NCBI GenBank assembly: GCA_049514315.1
Contig: JBEKVD010000003.1
Coordinates: 6,049 to 70,048, forward strand
From: Candidatus Limnocylindrales bacterium
GTDB lineage: Bacteria; Chloroflexota; Limnocylindria; Limnocylindrales; CSP1-4
Direction: 5' to 3'
DNA length: 64,000 bases
Position numbers and translations under genes: made by a program. The notes below the pieces were generated by a model that worked only from the letters and a program-made list of their open reading frames with translations, searched no databases and was not told the DNA's origin. Shown one piece after another: positions 1-9,422 of the stretch. Within the stretch, counting starts at the first letter, position 1; every line of letters begins with the position of its first letter.

Positions 1-209
1 GTCCGGATCCAGGGGAAGCTCATCGGGGTCATTCGCCGGTTGGATTGAGGCGGGGCTCGTCCACACGCGCTGTCCACAGTCCGCCCACAGCGGCGGTGAG
101 TTCGGGGATAGCTCGGCCGCCCGCCGGACGGTTCGTTGACGCCGCGGCGGGTCCACCGGGCCACCATTGGATCGCCGTCACCAGCCAGACCGCGAGGAAG
201 GCGCCACAC

Positions 210-1559
210 GTGATCGACCGACTGCCGCCCCAGAACCTCGACTCCGAGCAGGCCGTGCTGGGCTCGATCCTGATCGATCGGGATGCAATCATCGAGGTCG
301 CCGACTTCCTGCACGCGGACGACTTCTACCGGCAGGCCCACGGGCGCATCTACGCGGCCATGCTGGAGCTGTTCGAACATCGCGAGCCGATCGATGTCGT
401 CACCGTTGCAGAAGCCCTGGAGCGAGAGGACGCGCTGGAGGCGGTGGGCGGCGCCAGCTACCTTTCGACCCTGGGAAACGACACGCCCACCGCGGTTCAC
501 GTGGCCCAATACGCCCGAATCGTGGAGCGCAAGGCCGTCCTGCGGCGGTTGATCTCGGCGGCCGGCAAGATCGCGGCCATCGGCTACGAGGACGGTTCGG
601 ACATCCAGGAGTCGATCGATCGGGCGGAGAGCGAGCTCTTCTCGGTCAGCCAGCGGCGATCGAACGACGGCTTCAGTCCCCTCCGAACGCTCCTCCATGA
701 CGCGTACGACCGACTGGACTACCTGCATGCCCACCGCGGCGAGATCGTCGGCATCCCGTCAGGCTTCGCGGACCTGGACCAGCTGACCACCGGCTTTCAG
801 CCGAGCGACCTGGTCGTGGTGGCAGCGCGGCCGAGCGTCGGAAAGACGAGCCTCGCGCTCAACGTGACCGAATATGCCGCGGTTCGGGAGGGTAAGACGG
901 TCGGCGTCTTCAGCCTGGAGATGAGCAAGGAGCAGCTCGTCCTCCGCCTTCTCTCGAGCGTCGCCTCGATCGACTCGCAGCGTCTCCGCTCGGGCTTTCT
1001 CGAGGAGCTCGACTTCGCCCGCATCGCACCGGCATTGCAGGCCCTCTCGGACGCGCCGGTATACATCGACGACACGCCGAACATCAGCACGATGGAGCTG
1101 CGGACCCGGGCCCGGCGCCTCCAGGCTGAGCACGGCCTCGACCTGCTGGTGGTCGATTACCTTCAGCTGATGCAGGCCGCGACCAGCAGCCGGGACTCCA
1201 ACCGCGTTCAAGAGGTCTCGGAGATCAGCCGCGGTCTCAAGTCGCTCGCGCGCGAGTTGAAGGTCCCGGTCATGGCCCTCTCCCAGCTGTCGCGCCAGCC
1301 GGAAATGCGCGAGTCCCGCGAGCCTCGACTCTCAGACCTGCGGGAGTCCGGCGCCATCGAGCAGGACGCCGACCTGGTTCTCTTCCTCTGGCGCGAGAGG
1401 GACAAGCCCGGCGACGAGGGCGAGGCCGACGGCGAGGTGGTCAACCTGCGACTCGCCAAGCACCGCAACGGCCCCACCGGCGAAGTCAAGCTGTGGTTCC
1501 GCAAGAGCCAGACCCGCTTCATGAGCTACGCCGGCGAACGCTACGCCGAGGCCGTCTGA
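210..1559 (+). CDS. dnaB: Replicative DNA helicase DnaB
   Basis: N-terminal DnaB signature PPQNLDSEQAVLGSILID. Walker A ARPSVGKTSLALN. LVVVDYLQLM and SQLSR motifs. GTG at 210 follows GAGGAAG at 194-200; the 45..209 extension is Arg/Pro-rich and unlike DnaB. Confidence 0.93.
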   Translation: MIDRLPPQNLDSEQAVLGSILIDRDAIIEVADFLHADDFYRQAHGRIYAAMLELFEHREPIDVVTVAEALEREDALEAVGGASYLSTLGNDTPTAVHVAQYARIVERKAVLRRLISAAGKIAAIGYEDGSDIQESIDRAESELFSVSQRRSNDGFSPLRTLLHDAYDRLDYLHAHRGEIVGIPSGFADLDQLTTGFQPSDLVVVAARPSVGKTSLALNVTEYAAVREGKTVGVFSLEMSKEQLVLRLLSSVASIDSQRLRSGFLEELDFARIAPALQALSDAPVYIDDTPNISTMELRTRARRLQAEHGLDLLVVDYLQLMQAATSSRDSNRVQEVSEISRGLKSLARELKVPVMALSQLSRQPEMRESREPRLSDLRESGAIEQDADLVLFLWRERDKPGDEGEADGEVVNLRLAKHRNGPTGEVKLWFRKSQTRFMSYAGERYAEAV

Positions 1560-1665
1560 CGATCGCGATATAGCCCTGGAGCCGGATGGGCCGTTCCGAA
1601 ACGCTCGCCGGTCCTACACTGCCGTGCACGAGGCGGCGCGGCCCGCCCGCCAAGGGAGGAGCTCG

Positions 1666-1869
1666 ATGGGCGTGATCATCGTCAGGGAGATGGTCGGCAC
1701 CAGTTCCCACTCGTGGAGCGACGCGGCCCGACAGGCCGTGGCCCTGGCCAGCAAGACCGTCCGGAACATACGCACCGTTGAAGTTGTCCAGTCGACCGCC
1801 CGCGTCGAGGGCGGCGAGATCGTCGAGTACCGGGTCCACATAAAGCTCGGCTTCGAATACGAGGAGTAG
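1666..1869 (+). CDS. Dodecin-family flavin-binding protein
   Basis: The 67-aa product MGVIIVREMVGTSSHSWSDAARQAV..VHIKLGFEYEE matches the dodecin pattern (short beta-alpha-beta-beta, KxGF near the C-terminus). ATG 1666 is preceded by GGGAGGA. Confidence 0.75.
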   Translation: MGVIIVREMVGTSSHSWSDAARQAVALASKTVRNIRTVEVVQSTARVEGGEIVEYRVHIKLGFEYEE

Positions 1870-2071
1870 CCGGGCCGAGGGGCAAGCCCAACGGGGACCG
1901 TCTCGAGGCGAATCTGCGGCTCCGACGGACACTCCTGGATCCCGGCGACGTGCGGCGGCGGGGCTGCCCGGCTGATCGCCAGGAGGGCCAGCAAGCGACG
2001 GGGATGAGATAAGCAGCTGTTGATCGCGGGCAACCAGTATCCGCCAATGCAGACATCCGCTCCCCGTCCGA

Positions 2072-2100
2072 TTGACACGCAACGGGTCGGTTTCTATCGT
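2072..2100 (+). promoter_or_regulatory. Sigma70-like promoter candidate (TTGACA-N17-TATCGT) upstream of the STAND/SARP gene
   Basis: TTGACA at 2072-2077, exactly 17 nt spacer, TATCGT at 2095-2100, about 33 nt upstream of ATG 2133. Pattern match only. Confidence 0.35.
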
Positions 2101-2132
2101 ACGCGCCGCCGTTCGGCGAGCAGCGGCTGGGG

Positions 2133-5100
2133 ATGGAGGAGCTGCGGGTGTCGCTGGAGCCCGAGACCGACGACCGCCTCGTCGAGGAGATGGCCCGGGT
2201 ACGGTCATGTTTCCCGCTCCGTCCCGGCAAGGTCCAGCGCCCGTGTCTGCCGGAGGAAACGCTTCGACGCGATCGCCTCTTCGACTGGCTGAACGGTCGG
2301 TCCAGCCGCCGGGTCATATTGGTCATCTCGGAAGCCGGCTTCGGCAAGACCACTCTCATCGCGGATTTCCTTCGTCGGTCGCAACTCCGAACCTTCTGGT
2401 ACCGGCTCGACGAGGACGACACCGACAGCCTCGTCTTCATTCGGTACCTGGTCGCGGCCTGCCAGGCGGTCGACCCGAGGCTCCTGCGACAGACAGCGGC
2501 CCTTCTGGCCGACTCCTCGCTCGAACCTCCACGCGAGCAGGCGGTCGTCGACGCTCTCCTCGCCGAGGTCGGCGACCTGGGCGAGATCCCATCGGCGCTG
2601 GTCCTGGACGACTTCCACCTCGTGGAGTCCGTGCCCTCGATTGGGTCCCTGCTGGAGCGGTTGATGGCCCGCGCTCCTGCGACGCTGAAGCTGATCGTCG
2701 TCAGCCGGCGAATTCCGACCCTGTCGGTCGCAGCCCTTCGCGCTCGCGGCGAGTTGGCCGAACTGGGCCGGGAGGAGCTCAGATTCGACGAAGGTGAGAC
2801 CGAACGCCTCTTCCGCGACTCGTACAACCACCCGCTGGAGCCGGACGTCCTGCACAATCTCCAGGCGCGAACCGACGGATGGGCGGCGTCTCTCCAGCTG
2901 GTGAGGACGGCCGTCGACGGTCGGTCTCCGCGGCAGGTGCGGGCATTCGTGCACTCGCTGTCCGGCGCGGAAGGGGATCTCTACGACTACCTGGCCGAGG
3001 AGGTGGTGGGGGACCTCGAGCCCGACATGCGCGACTTCCTAATGCGGACGGCCGTTCTCGAAGATGTCGAGCCGGCGACCGCGGCCGTGGCGGCAGGGGT
3101 GGCGCCTGCCGAGGCCCGCCGCCTGTTGTCCGGCGCCCAGCGACTCGGCCTCATGTCCAGGGGCGTCGACCGTGGAAGCGCCTGGCGACCCCACCCGCTC
3201 GTCCGGGAGTTCCTGCTCGCCCACCTCGAGGCGGAACTGGGACCGGGCGGCCTCGCGGAGATGCATCGGCGACTGGCGGTCATCATGGAGCCCCGCTCGT
3301 GGCGCCTGGCGGCACGCCACTGGGCTGCCGCCGGAGACCCGGATGAGGTTCGCCGCGTTGTCTGTGCGGCAACTCCGACGATCATCGGCACCGGCGACCT
3401 TGCCGCCGCCGACGACTTCGTCACGCGCTTTCCCGATCCGAACCCCAACCCGTGGTTTGGCATCATCCGGGCGAGGCGCCTCTTCGCTCTTGGGCATGAC
3501 CGGGACGCCCTGGCGGAAGCCCGACGACTTCGAGACACAGCCGAGATGGCGGCCCCGGTCGACAGTTCGCTGGCCCTGGCCGTCGCCCTGACGCTGCTCA
3601 ACCTGGGGACGGAGCTGGACGACGGGGACATGCGGACGGCTGCCGCCGACGTGCTCAGGAGGTGTGACGATCGCGAATTGGCGTCCATCGCGCGGGCGAC
3701 CGAGGCCCTGTACCAGGCGGCCGAGGAAGGATCGCTCGACGCTCTGCGCGACTTGCTGTTGGAGACTCTCCACCTGAACCGAGAGCGGGGCCACTCCAGG
3801 TACGAGGGGATCTCGTTGTTGAACCTCGCGAACGCCCAGTGGCCCCTGGGCAACCCGGAGGCCGTCATCGCGGCCGGCACAGAGGCGATTCGGATCCTCG
3901 GGTCTGCCGACAATTCGTGGGATCTCTCGTCCGCACATCTGAACGTGGCGAAAGGGCTTGCTCACATCGGTCGCTGGCATGAAGCCCAGGCTCACATCAA
4001 AGACGCGATCGACGAAACAGATCGAATCGCGGAACCCGAAGTGGTATCGGAAGCTGCCGAGCTCGAGGCCATGTACGGCGATCCAGCCCGAGGTTTGCTT
4101 ATCCTCGGCCGAGTGTTCGCGGAATCGGAGCGGAGACGGGATGATCCGTTCTGCCGTTACGTCGCCGCTCGAATTGCGCTTGAACACGACCGACCACGCC
4201 GGGCCGGTGAACTCCTTCGACAGATCGAGGGCGAGGCTTTGGTTCCAGGCTTTCGAAGCTCTCGCCTCTCACTCGACCTCCAGATCAGGTCGATCGATGA
4301 CCCGTCCGATCCGGACCTCCCTGCTGCATTCGAGGCGGCACTGCGATCAGCCCAAGGACAGCAGGCATGGTTATGGTGGAAGAACATCCGGCTGACGGAG
4401 GCGTTGATCTCTCCGAGCGACGCGCTCGCGGATCATTTCAGATCGCTCGAGCCCGGCGACGCGGCATTCCTGTCGATCCAGGCAGAGCTCGTCCTTCGCC
4501 GTCTTGCCGACCTGGATGAGCCGGCCTTCGAGGCGGTTCGAACTGAGGCTTCGCTCCGGCCGGAGCGCTGGCGTTGGGCCCTGCGGAGATTCATCTCAGG
4601 AACCGGGCCCCCCGCCCTGAGCGTCAGACGAGCGGTCGAGCTCCTCGAGCTCGTCGGGGAAAGCCAGGATGTTCCCCTCCTTGCAGCGCTCCGGCAGACG
4701 AAGGCACTTCGCTTCCCAGATGCCGGGCGCGCCCTCAGCCGGCGGCTGGCGCCTCGTGTCTACGTCGAAGACCTGGGGCGCGTGATCATCCGCATCGGCG
4801 ACCGCACCGTCCCCGGCACGGACATACGCAAGAAGGTCCTGTCCTTGCTCTGCTTCCTGCTAACCAGACCCCAGTTCACGGCCACCCGAGAACAGGTCCT
4901 CGAAGCGCTGTGGCCCGAGATGGATCCCGAGGCAGGGGCGAATTCCCTGAACCAGTCGGTGTACTTCCTGCGCCGGGTCTTCGAGCCCGGCTGCGAGGAC
5001 GACAACACCGCGGGCTACCTCCGAAGCCGGGCGGATCTGATCTGGCTCGACCAGGATCTCGTGCAAAGCCGAAGTGCCGACTGCCTCAAGCTGATCGCCG

Positions 5101-5468
5101 CGATCCGGCGCGACCAGTCTCCGGAGCTCGTCACCAGGCTGGCCGAGTCCTACAAGGGCCGTTTCGGGGTCGACTTCATCTACGACGACTGGGCCTCGTC
5201 CTTCAGGGACACCCTCCATGCGAGCTTCCTCGATCGAATCGAGCGGGCGGTAACCCGCGACACCGAGGCCGGCGCTTTCGACCGCGCCCTGCTTGTCGCT
5301 CAACTGGCTCTGCAGGCCGACCCTGACGCGGAGCAGATCGAACTCTGCCTACTGCGCGTATACCGGCGAACTGGCGCGAACGCCGCAGCGGCCGAGCAAT
5401 ACGCCCACTACGCCGGCGTAATGCGCGACCAGTTAGGAGTGGACCCGCTCCCTCTCGAAGCTATCTGA
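2133..5468 (+). CDS. Large STAND NTPase regulator: MalT-like ATPase N-terminus, helical/TPR-like middle, C-terminal OmpR-type winged helix + BTAD (SARP module)
   Basis: Walker A VISEAGFGKTTL. Walker B ALVLDDFHLV. MalT-like TDGWAASLQL. C-terminal SLLCFLLTRPQFTATREQVLEALWPE..NSLNQSVYFLRR (wHTH) followed by BTAD-like LCLLRVYRRTGANAAAAEQYAHYAGVMRDQLGVDP. Confidence 0.8.
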   Translation: MEELRVSLEPETDDRLVEEMARVRSCFPLRPGKVQRPCLPEETLRRDRLFDWLNGRSSRRVILVISEAGFGKTTLIADFLRRSQLRTFWYRLDEDDTDSLVFIRYLVAACQAVDPRLLRQTAALLADSSLEPPREQAVVDALLAEVGDLGEIPSALVLDDFHLVESVPSIGSLLERLMARAPATLKLIVVSRRIPTLSVAALRARGELAELGREELRFDEGETERLFRDSYNHPLEPDVLHNLQARTDGWAASLQLVRTAVDGRSPRQVRAFVHSLSGAEGDLYDYLAEEVVGDLEPDMRDFLMRTAVLEDVEPATAAVAAGVAPAEARRLLSGAQRLGLMSRGVDRGSAWRPHPLVREFLLAHLEAELGPGGLAEMHRRLAVIMEPRSWRLAARHWAAAGDPDEVRRVVCAATPTIIGTGDLAAADDFVTRFPDPNPNPWFGIIRARRLFALGHDRDALAEARRLRDTAEMAAPVDSSLALAVALTLLNLGTELDDGDMRTAAADVLRRCDDRELASIARATEALYQAAEEGSLDALRDLLLETLHLNRERGHSRYEGISLLNLANAQWPLGNPEAVIAAGTEAIRILGSADNSWDLSSAHLNVAKGLAHIGRWHEAQAHIKDAIDETDRIAEPEVVSEAAELEAMYGDPARGLLILGRVFAESERRRDDPFCRYVAARIALEHDRPRRAGELLRQIEGEALVPGFRSSRLSLDLQIRSIDDPSDPDLPAAFEAALRSAQGQQAWLWWKNIRLTEALISPSDALADHFRSLEPGDAAFLSIQAELVLRRLADLDEPAFEAVRTEASLRPERWRWALRRFISGTGPPALSVRRAVELLELVGESQDVPLLAALRQTKALRFPDAGRALSRRLAPRVYVEDLGRVIIRIGDRTVPGTDIRKKVLSLLCFLLTRPQFTATREQVLEALWPEMDPEAGANSLNQSVYFLRRVFEPGCEDDNTAGYLRSRADLIWLDQDLVQSRSADCLKLIAAIRRDQSPELVTRLAESYKGRFGVDFIYDDWASSFRDTLHASFLDRIERAVTRDTEAGAFDRALLVAQLALQADPDAEQIELCLLRVYRRTGANAAAAEQYAHYAGVMRDQLGVDPLPLEAI

Positions 5469-5493
5469 TCCGAAGAATCGCGGCTGGGTAGGC

Positions 5494-5520
5494 AAAGTAC
5501 CGTATTGACCCGGTACTTTT
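5494..5520 (+). terminator. Hairpin with flanking A/T tracts 26 nt after the STAND/SARP stop (possible intrinsic terminator)
   Basis: AAAGTACCG (5494-5502), 8-nt loop, CGGTACTTT (5511-5519) then T. An outer GGTAGG/CCTACC pairing (5487-5531) extends it. The stem is short and AT-rich for this genome. Confidence 0.3.
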
Positions 5521-5868
5521 GGCTTCCTACCGTGGCCAAAGGTCTGGTGCAAGCCGTCACAGCCTCGCCGGACCCAGACGAGCGGATGCTTCGAGGTTCT
5601 GCGCCGAATGCGGGCACTTGGGCCGGGACCGAGCCGACAGTGCAGCCCACCGCGCGTTGGTCTACAGGAGATGATCCTGTGTTTGCCGAGTCCTGCAGCA
5701 GACCCTGGTGATCGCCGTGTTGCGTCGCATTCAGAGGCTGATGGTCGTGGTGGGCTCCGCGCTGCTTGTAGCATTGGGAGCAGGCGCGAGCTACAGGCCG
5801 TTCTGAGTACCTCTCTCCCATAGCCGCGCAAGCCTCAACGCGGCTAGATTGCCGCGGCTGAGCGAGGA

Positions 5869-7284
5869 GTGGTGATGAGCCGCCGGCTGGGAGCCCTGAT
5901 CGCGATAGTGGCGCTGACGAGCGGAGCGCTCTTTGTCGGCGCCATCTTCGCGTACCCGATTCCCAGCAGCCATTGGCCTGAGGTCGTCTTCTGGATCGCC
6001 CTCGCCATCGTTGGGTCCTCTCTCGCGGTCCGCATGCCAGACGGCAGCGTCGTTGACGTGAGCTTCGCCCCAATCGTCGCGGCAATGAGCCTCGGCGGAC
6101 CGGCATTAGCCGGTTGGGTCGCACTGGTGGGCGTGACCCAACCACGAGAACTGCGCCGACAAGCCCCCTGGTACGGGGTCGTGGCCAACCATGCCACCAT
6201 CACCGGCCCCGCCGTCGCCAGCGCCTTCGCCCTCACCCTGGTCCCGTCTCGATCGAATCCCCTGGTCGACTTCGCGGCCACGTTTGGCGCCGCGTGCTTG
6301 TTCTTCTCCCTCAACAGCCTGCTGACAGCCGCGTTCGTGTCGGCCAGGGAAGGCGAGTCGCTTTCGAGACTGGTGCGGGTCGACGCGGGGGCCTATGCCA
6401 GCATGCTTGCCCTCGCCCCGGTGGCATGGCTGATGGCGCAGATGTTCGACGTCGCCCCGTGGGCGGTCCTGCTTTTCATCGTGCCCGTCTACACGACCCG
6501 GCTGGCCTACCAGCAGTTCGTGGAAGTCCGCGAGATGTTCACGGAAACGATCCGCAGTCTCGCGGGGGCGGTAGACAGGCGCGACCCCTTCACCGGCAAT
6601 CACAGCCGCCAGGTCCAGACCATCGCCATGGACCTCGGGCGGGCGATGAAGGTCAGTGACGCCGATCTCGAGGCGCTCGAATGGGGGGGCCTCCTGCACG
6701 ACATCGGCAAGATTGGCATCAGGGACGCGGTGCTGCTCAAGCCGGGGCGGTTGACCCGTGACGAGCGCATCATCATGAACTCCCACCCGGTGCTCGGCGC
6801 TGAGATCATCGCCCCCGTCCGAAAGCTCGCCCCGGAACTGCCGATCATCCGCCACCACCATGAGTGGTTCAACGGGTCGGGCTACCCCGATCGTCTGGTG
6901 GGCAACGACATTCCCAAGCTGGCACGCATCCTGCACGTCGCCGATTCGTTCGAGGCGATGACCGCCGCTCGACCGTACCGCATGACCCCACTCACGCTCG
7001 ACGAGGCGCTGGCCGAGCTACACAAGTTCCGCGGGATTCAGTTCGACCCCGATGTCGTGGATGCCTTCATGAAGACAAGATGGGCGCGTGAGATGCAGGG
7101 GCCTGCCCGACCCGAGGCCATGGAGGTGCCGCTGATCGGCCAGGCGGCAGGGTTGATCGCAGCGGTCGGCCGTGCAAACGGGGATTCCAGCGGCGCGGCA
7201 GGGTCAGGCGACGCCATCTCGGCAGCTCCAGGCAATGACCCTGAGAGGCCCGGTTCGCCTCGCCGACGCCCCGCCGCCATCTGA
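5869..7284 (+). CDS. Membrane-anchored HD-GYP domain phosphodiesterase (c-di-GMP-type)
   Basis: The N-terminal 230 aa is multi-TM. HD motif LLHDIGKIG. HHHEWFNGSGYP is the HHExxDGxGYP signature with D->N. GAGGAG at 5864-5869 favours ATG 5875 or GTG 5872 as the true start. Confidence 0.88.
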   Translation: MVMSRRLGALIAIVALTSGALFVGAIFAYPIPSSHWPEVVFWIALAIVGSSLAVRMPDGSVVDVSFAPIVAAMSLGGPALAGWVALVGVTQPRELRRQAPWYGVVANHATITGPAVASAFALTLVPSRSNPLVDFAATFGAACLFFSLNSLLTAAFVSAREGESLSRLVRVDAGAYASMLALAPVAWLMAQMFDVAPWAVLLFIVPVYTTRLAYQQFVEVREMFTETIRSLAGAVDRRDPFTGNHSRQVQTIAMDLGRAMKVSDADLEALEWGGLLHDIGKIGIRDAVLLKPGRLTRDERIIMNSHPVLGAEIIAPVRKLAPELPIIRHHHEWFNGSGYPDRLVGNDIPKLARILHVADSFEAMTAARPYRMTPLTLDEALAELHKFRGIQFDPDVVDAFMKTRWAREMQGPARPEAMEVPLIGQAAGLIAAVGRANGDSSGAAGSGDAISAAPGNDPERPGSPRRRPAAI

Positions 7285-7287
7285 TCG

Positions 7288-9168
7288 GTGCCCGCGCTCG
7301 GCGTCTTCCTGGGGCTGACCCTCGGCCTGCTCGCCGGCGGCGACCTCTGGAACCTCCTTTATGTCCGCCTGCGCTGGCTGCCGCTGTTGCTCGTAGCCAC
7401 TGCAGCCCGCTTTGGGCTCGATGCTGCGCTGGCGGCCGGCGCCGTCCCGGACGGCTTGCGGCTCTGGCTCGTGCTCCTCGCCTACGTCCTGCTCACGGTC
7501 ATGCTGCTGGCCAACCGAAGGCTACCCGGGATGACCGCGGCCGCGCTCGGGACTGCAGCCAACGGAGTCGCAATCGTCGCCAACGGCGGCTGGATGCCCG
7601 TGTGGCAGCCAAGCCTGGCTGCGGCCGGCTTCGATCCGAACGTCCTCCACTCGAACTTCCACAGGCTCCTGGTTGGGCCCGTCGACCCCGGCTTCTTCGC
7701 CCACGGCGGGCCGCTGGTCGACATCATTCCGATCCCGATACCGATCGTCCAGTCGGTCGCATCTGTTGGCGACTTGCTCCTCGGCGCCGGGCTCGCCTTC
7801 TTCCTCTTCGCGGCGGTTGTCCGAGCGCCGGTGCTGGTCTCGGTCTCGATCTCGGCCGATCGCTCGGTCGCTGGAACCGCGATCACCGTCCCGCCTCAGG
7901 GCGCGCTCGGCAACTCCTACGTTCGACTTGCGACCAACAGCGCCTTCTCAGCGATGTGGCTCGGCCAGGTCGTCAGTTCCCTCGGCGACCGCGTCCACCA
8001 GGTCGCGCTCGTGTTCCTGGTTGCGCGAGCCACGGATAACTCCCCGCTGGCGCTGGGCCTGGTGTTTGCGGCGATGACGGTCCCGAGCTTCCTGGTCGGG
8101 CCGCTGGCCGGGGCCCTCGTCGATCGGTGGGACAGAAAGCGGGTCATGGTCGGCTCGGACCTCGTCCGGGCCGGTATCGTCGGCCTCATCCCGGTGACGT
8201 CCGGGCTGAACGTGGGTCTCGTTTTCGGGCTCGTGTTCCTGCTGGCGGCTGTGTCGTCGTTCTTCCGCCCGGCCCGGGCCGCCGCGTTGCCACAGGTGGT
8301 CCCGGAAGAGGATCTTCTGGCCGCCAACTCCGCGATGTGGGTCTCCGACACCGTGTCCGACCTTGCCGGATACAGCCTTGGTGGGCTGTTCGTGGCGTTC
8401 CTGGGCTCGTCCCTGGCGCTCGCGTTCTGGATCGACGGGGCAAGCTACGTGGCCTCCGCGGTGCTCGTGGCCGCGGTGGTGATCCCACCGGTCGCCCGGC
8501 ACGCGGCCGTCGACAGCGGGGGGGTCGGCACGGTGGAAGCAGGCCTGGCCCCGGCCTCAACCTCCATCCTGGCCGAGATGGCCGAAGGCTGGCGGCTCCT
8601 TCGGGACGAGAGCGTCCTGATGGCCACGACCGCGCAGGCGGCCATCGCCGAATACGGACTCGGCGCGCTCACTGCCCTCTCCCCGCTTCTGATCGCTTCG
8701 CTGCCGCTCGGCGGCACCGACGCCCCCGCGGCCTACGGATTCTTCGAGATGGCGATGGGCGTGGGCCTGGTCGGAGGCGGCGTCGTACTCGGCGGGATGT
8801 CCGCGCGTCTGCCCAAGGGGCCTGCGATCATCGCTGGTTTCGCGGCGTTTGGGATCGCGCTCGTCGCCCTGGCCGGGACCCGCAACCTGCCCGTGGCCCT
8901 GGGGCTTGCGGCGGTCGTCGGGCTTGCCAACGTGACCTTCGTGGTGCCGAGCCAGACGCTGTTCCAGCAGCGCGCCCCCGGTGAAGCGCTCGGACGAGTG
9001 ATCGCCATCCGGCTCGCCATCGTCAACGGCGTCCTGGCCCTGTCGATGGTCACATCGGGCGCCCTGGCCCAGGCGCTCGGACTGCGGCCCGTGCTGGCCG
9101 CCTGCGGGTTGCTGACTGCGGCCGTAGGCCTTGCCGGCCTGGCCGTTCGACCCATCCGCCGCGCCTGA
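7288..9168 (+). CDS. Fusion protein: N-terminal DUF5317-like membrane domain + C-terminal MFS transporter (EntS/MFS_3-like)
   Basis: Residues 1-190 have IVANGGWMPV and SVGDLLLGAGLAFFL, which I recall as DUF5317 hallmarks. From about residue 215, FSAMWLGQVVSSLGDRVHQVALVFLV plus about 12 TM segments is typical of MFS. One continuous frame. GTG 7288 lies 4 nt after the HD-GYP stop. Confidence 0.75.
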   Translation: MPALGVFLGLTLGLLAGGDLWNLLYVRLRWLPLLLVATAARFGLDAALAAGAVPDGLRLWLVLLAYVLLTVMLLANRRLPGMTAAALGTAANGVAIVANGGWMPVWQPSLAAAGFDPNVLHSNFHRLLVGPVDPGFFAHGGPLVDIIPIPIPIVQSVASVGDLLLGAGLAFFLFAAVVRAPVLVSVSISADRSVAGTAITVPPQGALGNSYVRLATNSAFSAMWLGQVVSSLGDRVHQVALVFLVARATDNSPLALGLVFAAMTVPSFLVGPLAGALVDRWDRKRVMVGSDLVRAGIVGLIPVTSGLNVGLVFGLVFLLAAVSSFFRPARAAALPQVVPEEDLLAANSAMWVSDTVSDLAGYSLGGLFVAFLGSSLALAFWIDGASYVASAVLVAAVVIPPVARHAAVDSGGVGTVEAGLAPASTSILAEMAEGWRLLRDESVLMATTAQAAIAEYGLGALTALSPLLIASLPLGGTDAPAAYGFFEMAMGVGLVGGGVVLGGMSARLPKGPAIIAGFAAFGIALVALAGTRNLPVALGLAAVVGLANVTFVVPSQTLFQQRAPGEALGRVIAIRLAIVNGVLALSMVTSGALAQALGLRPVLAACGLLTAAVGLAGLAVRPIRRA

Positions 9169-9422
9169 GGCCTCAGATCACCGCCGCGGCAAGGCGCGCG
9201 GCCGGACCGAAGGCCCTCGATCCCGCCGGGACCGCATGCCTCGCGTTCCTTCGCGACGCGACGAAGAGACACGTCGGCTAAACTGCCGGGCAGCAGGGCG
9301 CTCGACATCTTGTGTGTTGGCGGGCGGCTCGCACGGAGCAGAGACTGAACCACGGCACCAGCAGTGCCTGAACCAGGTGAGCCGAAACCAGCGGCCGCCA
9401 GCACAGGAGTGGCACGAGGGCT

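Noticed and set aside
1-48. Open frame running in from the left edge and ending at TGA 46-48 (VRIQGKLIGVIRRLD*). It could be the tail of rplI, as in the rpsR-rplI-dnaB arrangement.
   Set aside because: Only 15 codons are visible and they do not resemble any L9 C-terminus that I can recall. It is too short to call.
45-209. Upstream extension of the dnaB ORF (ATG 45).
   Set aside because: The added 55 residues are Arg/Pro/Ala-rich and precede the conserved DnaB N-terminus. GTG 210 has a proper GAGGAAG ribosome-binding site.
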